From Eledone cirrhosa (taxonomy: Eukaryota), in the NCBI GenBank assembly GCA_964016885.1, contig OZ024757.1, forward strand, positions 37,324,001 through 37,388,000: a stretch of DNA of 64,000 nucleotides, given 5' to 3'. Under the pieces are notes generated by a model. That model was not told the DNA's origin and did no database searches. It worked only from the letters and a program-made list of their open reading frames with translations. Each line of letters begins with the position of its first letter. Within the stretch, counting starts at the first letter, position 1. The translations under genes and the position numbers were made by a program. Below, in pieces: positions 63,059 to 64,000 of this stretch.

Positions 63059-63734
63059 GTAAGGGGCTTTCTCTTGTAATGGGAACAACTATGTATATAT
63101 ATATATACATACTACACACATGCACTACACAAAGCTGCACATATATTGCACCTACCCCACACACAGCTGCACATATATTTGACATGCACTACACACATGA
63201 GTACATATATTGGACTTGTACTACACACAGCTGCACATCTATCACACCTACATTACGCACAGCTGCACATATATTGCACATCCAATTGCTGCATGTCTGT
63301 GTGTCACTAAAGACATTTCTTTGTATCATCAGAAGATATCTCTTTCCTTTTGTCTCTAATCACAACCAACAAAGACAGAGAGATTCTTCTTCTTCCTCCT
63401 TCTTCCTCTTGTTCTTCTTCTTCCTCTCCTCCCTCTCCTCCACTTGTTGTTCTTCTTCTTCCCCTCCTTCCTTTCCTCCACTTGTTGTTGTTCTTTTTCT
63501 TCTTCCACTTATTGTTCTTCTTCTTCCCCTCCTTCCCTCCACCTGTTGTTGTTGTTCTTCTTTTTCTTCTTCCCCTCCTTCCCTCCACCTGTTCTTCTTC
63601 TTCTTCTTATTCCACTTCTTCTTCTTCTCCCCCCCTCCACTTGTTGTTGTTGTTTAAAAGAACATTTTGTTTTCTTCAAAATGTCTTGGCTTCATTTCTT
63701 TTGTTATGATTCATTGGACAAGTTTCACACAACC

Positions 63735-63950
63735 ATAGTACTACTACTGTTACTACTGTTACTAGTGTTACTACTACTAGCATTACTACTGTTACTACTA
63801 CTAGTACTACTACTAGTATTACTACTGTTACTACTACTAGTATTACTAGTATTACTACTACTAGTATTACTAGTATTACTACTGTTACTACTACTAGTAT
63901 TACTAGTATTACTACTACTAGTATTACTAGTATTACTACTGTTACTACTA
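63735..63950. repeat. (TAC/TAG/TAT)n repeat
   Basis: Direct inspection. Confidence 0.85.
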
Positions 63951-64000
63951 TTTTTCATTGTTATTTTTTATTACATCCTCTGTTTTTTTTACACGCAGAA

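Overview
This is AT-rich, microsatellite-saturated eukaryotic DNA with spliced genes. The SINE/RTE/microsatellite landscape looks like an octopod cephalopod, which is an inference and was not searched. I reconstructed three genes by hand with phase-consistent GT-AG exons. (1) The 5' part of a secreted thioester-protein-superfamily gene (complement C3/alpha-2-macroglobulin-like): minus strand, 7 exons, 8673->1296, running off the left edge. (2) A complete ANAPC2: minus strand, 12 exons, 24379->12575, 789 aa. (3) Head-to-head with ANAPC2, the kinase-domain exons of MAP3K7/TAK1: plus strand, 6 exons, 25965->63058, running off the right edge. The introns hold tRNA-derived SINEs, RTE and R4/Dong-like LINE 3' ends, piggyBac-, hAT- and Tc1/mariner-like MITEs, and large minisatellites. 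Almost all long ORFs in the supplied track are microsatellite artefacts. The most striking unexplained structure is a set of short non-coding elements embedded in (TA)n tracts. They carry minimal hammerhead ribozymes of the Penelope-like-element type, six with intact cores. Ten of these elements are long fold-back palindromes whose turning point lies in or next to the ribozyme core.
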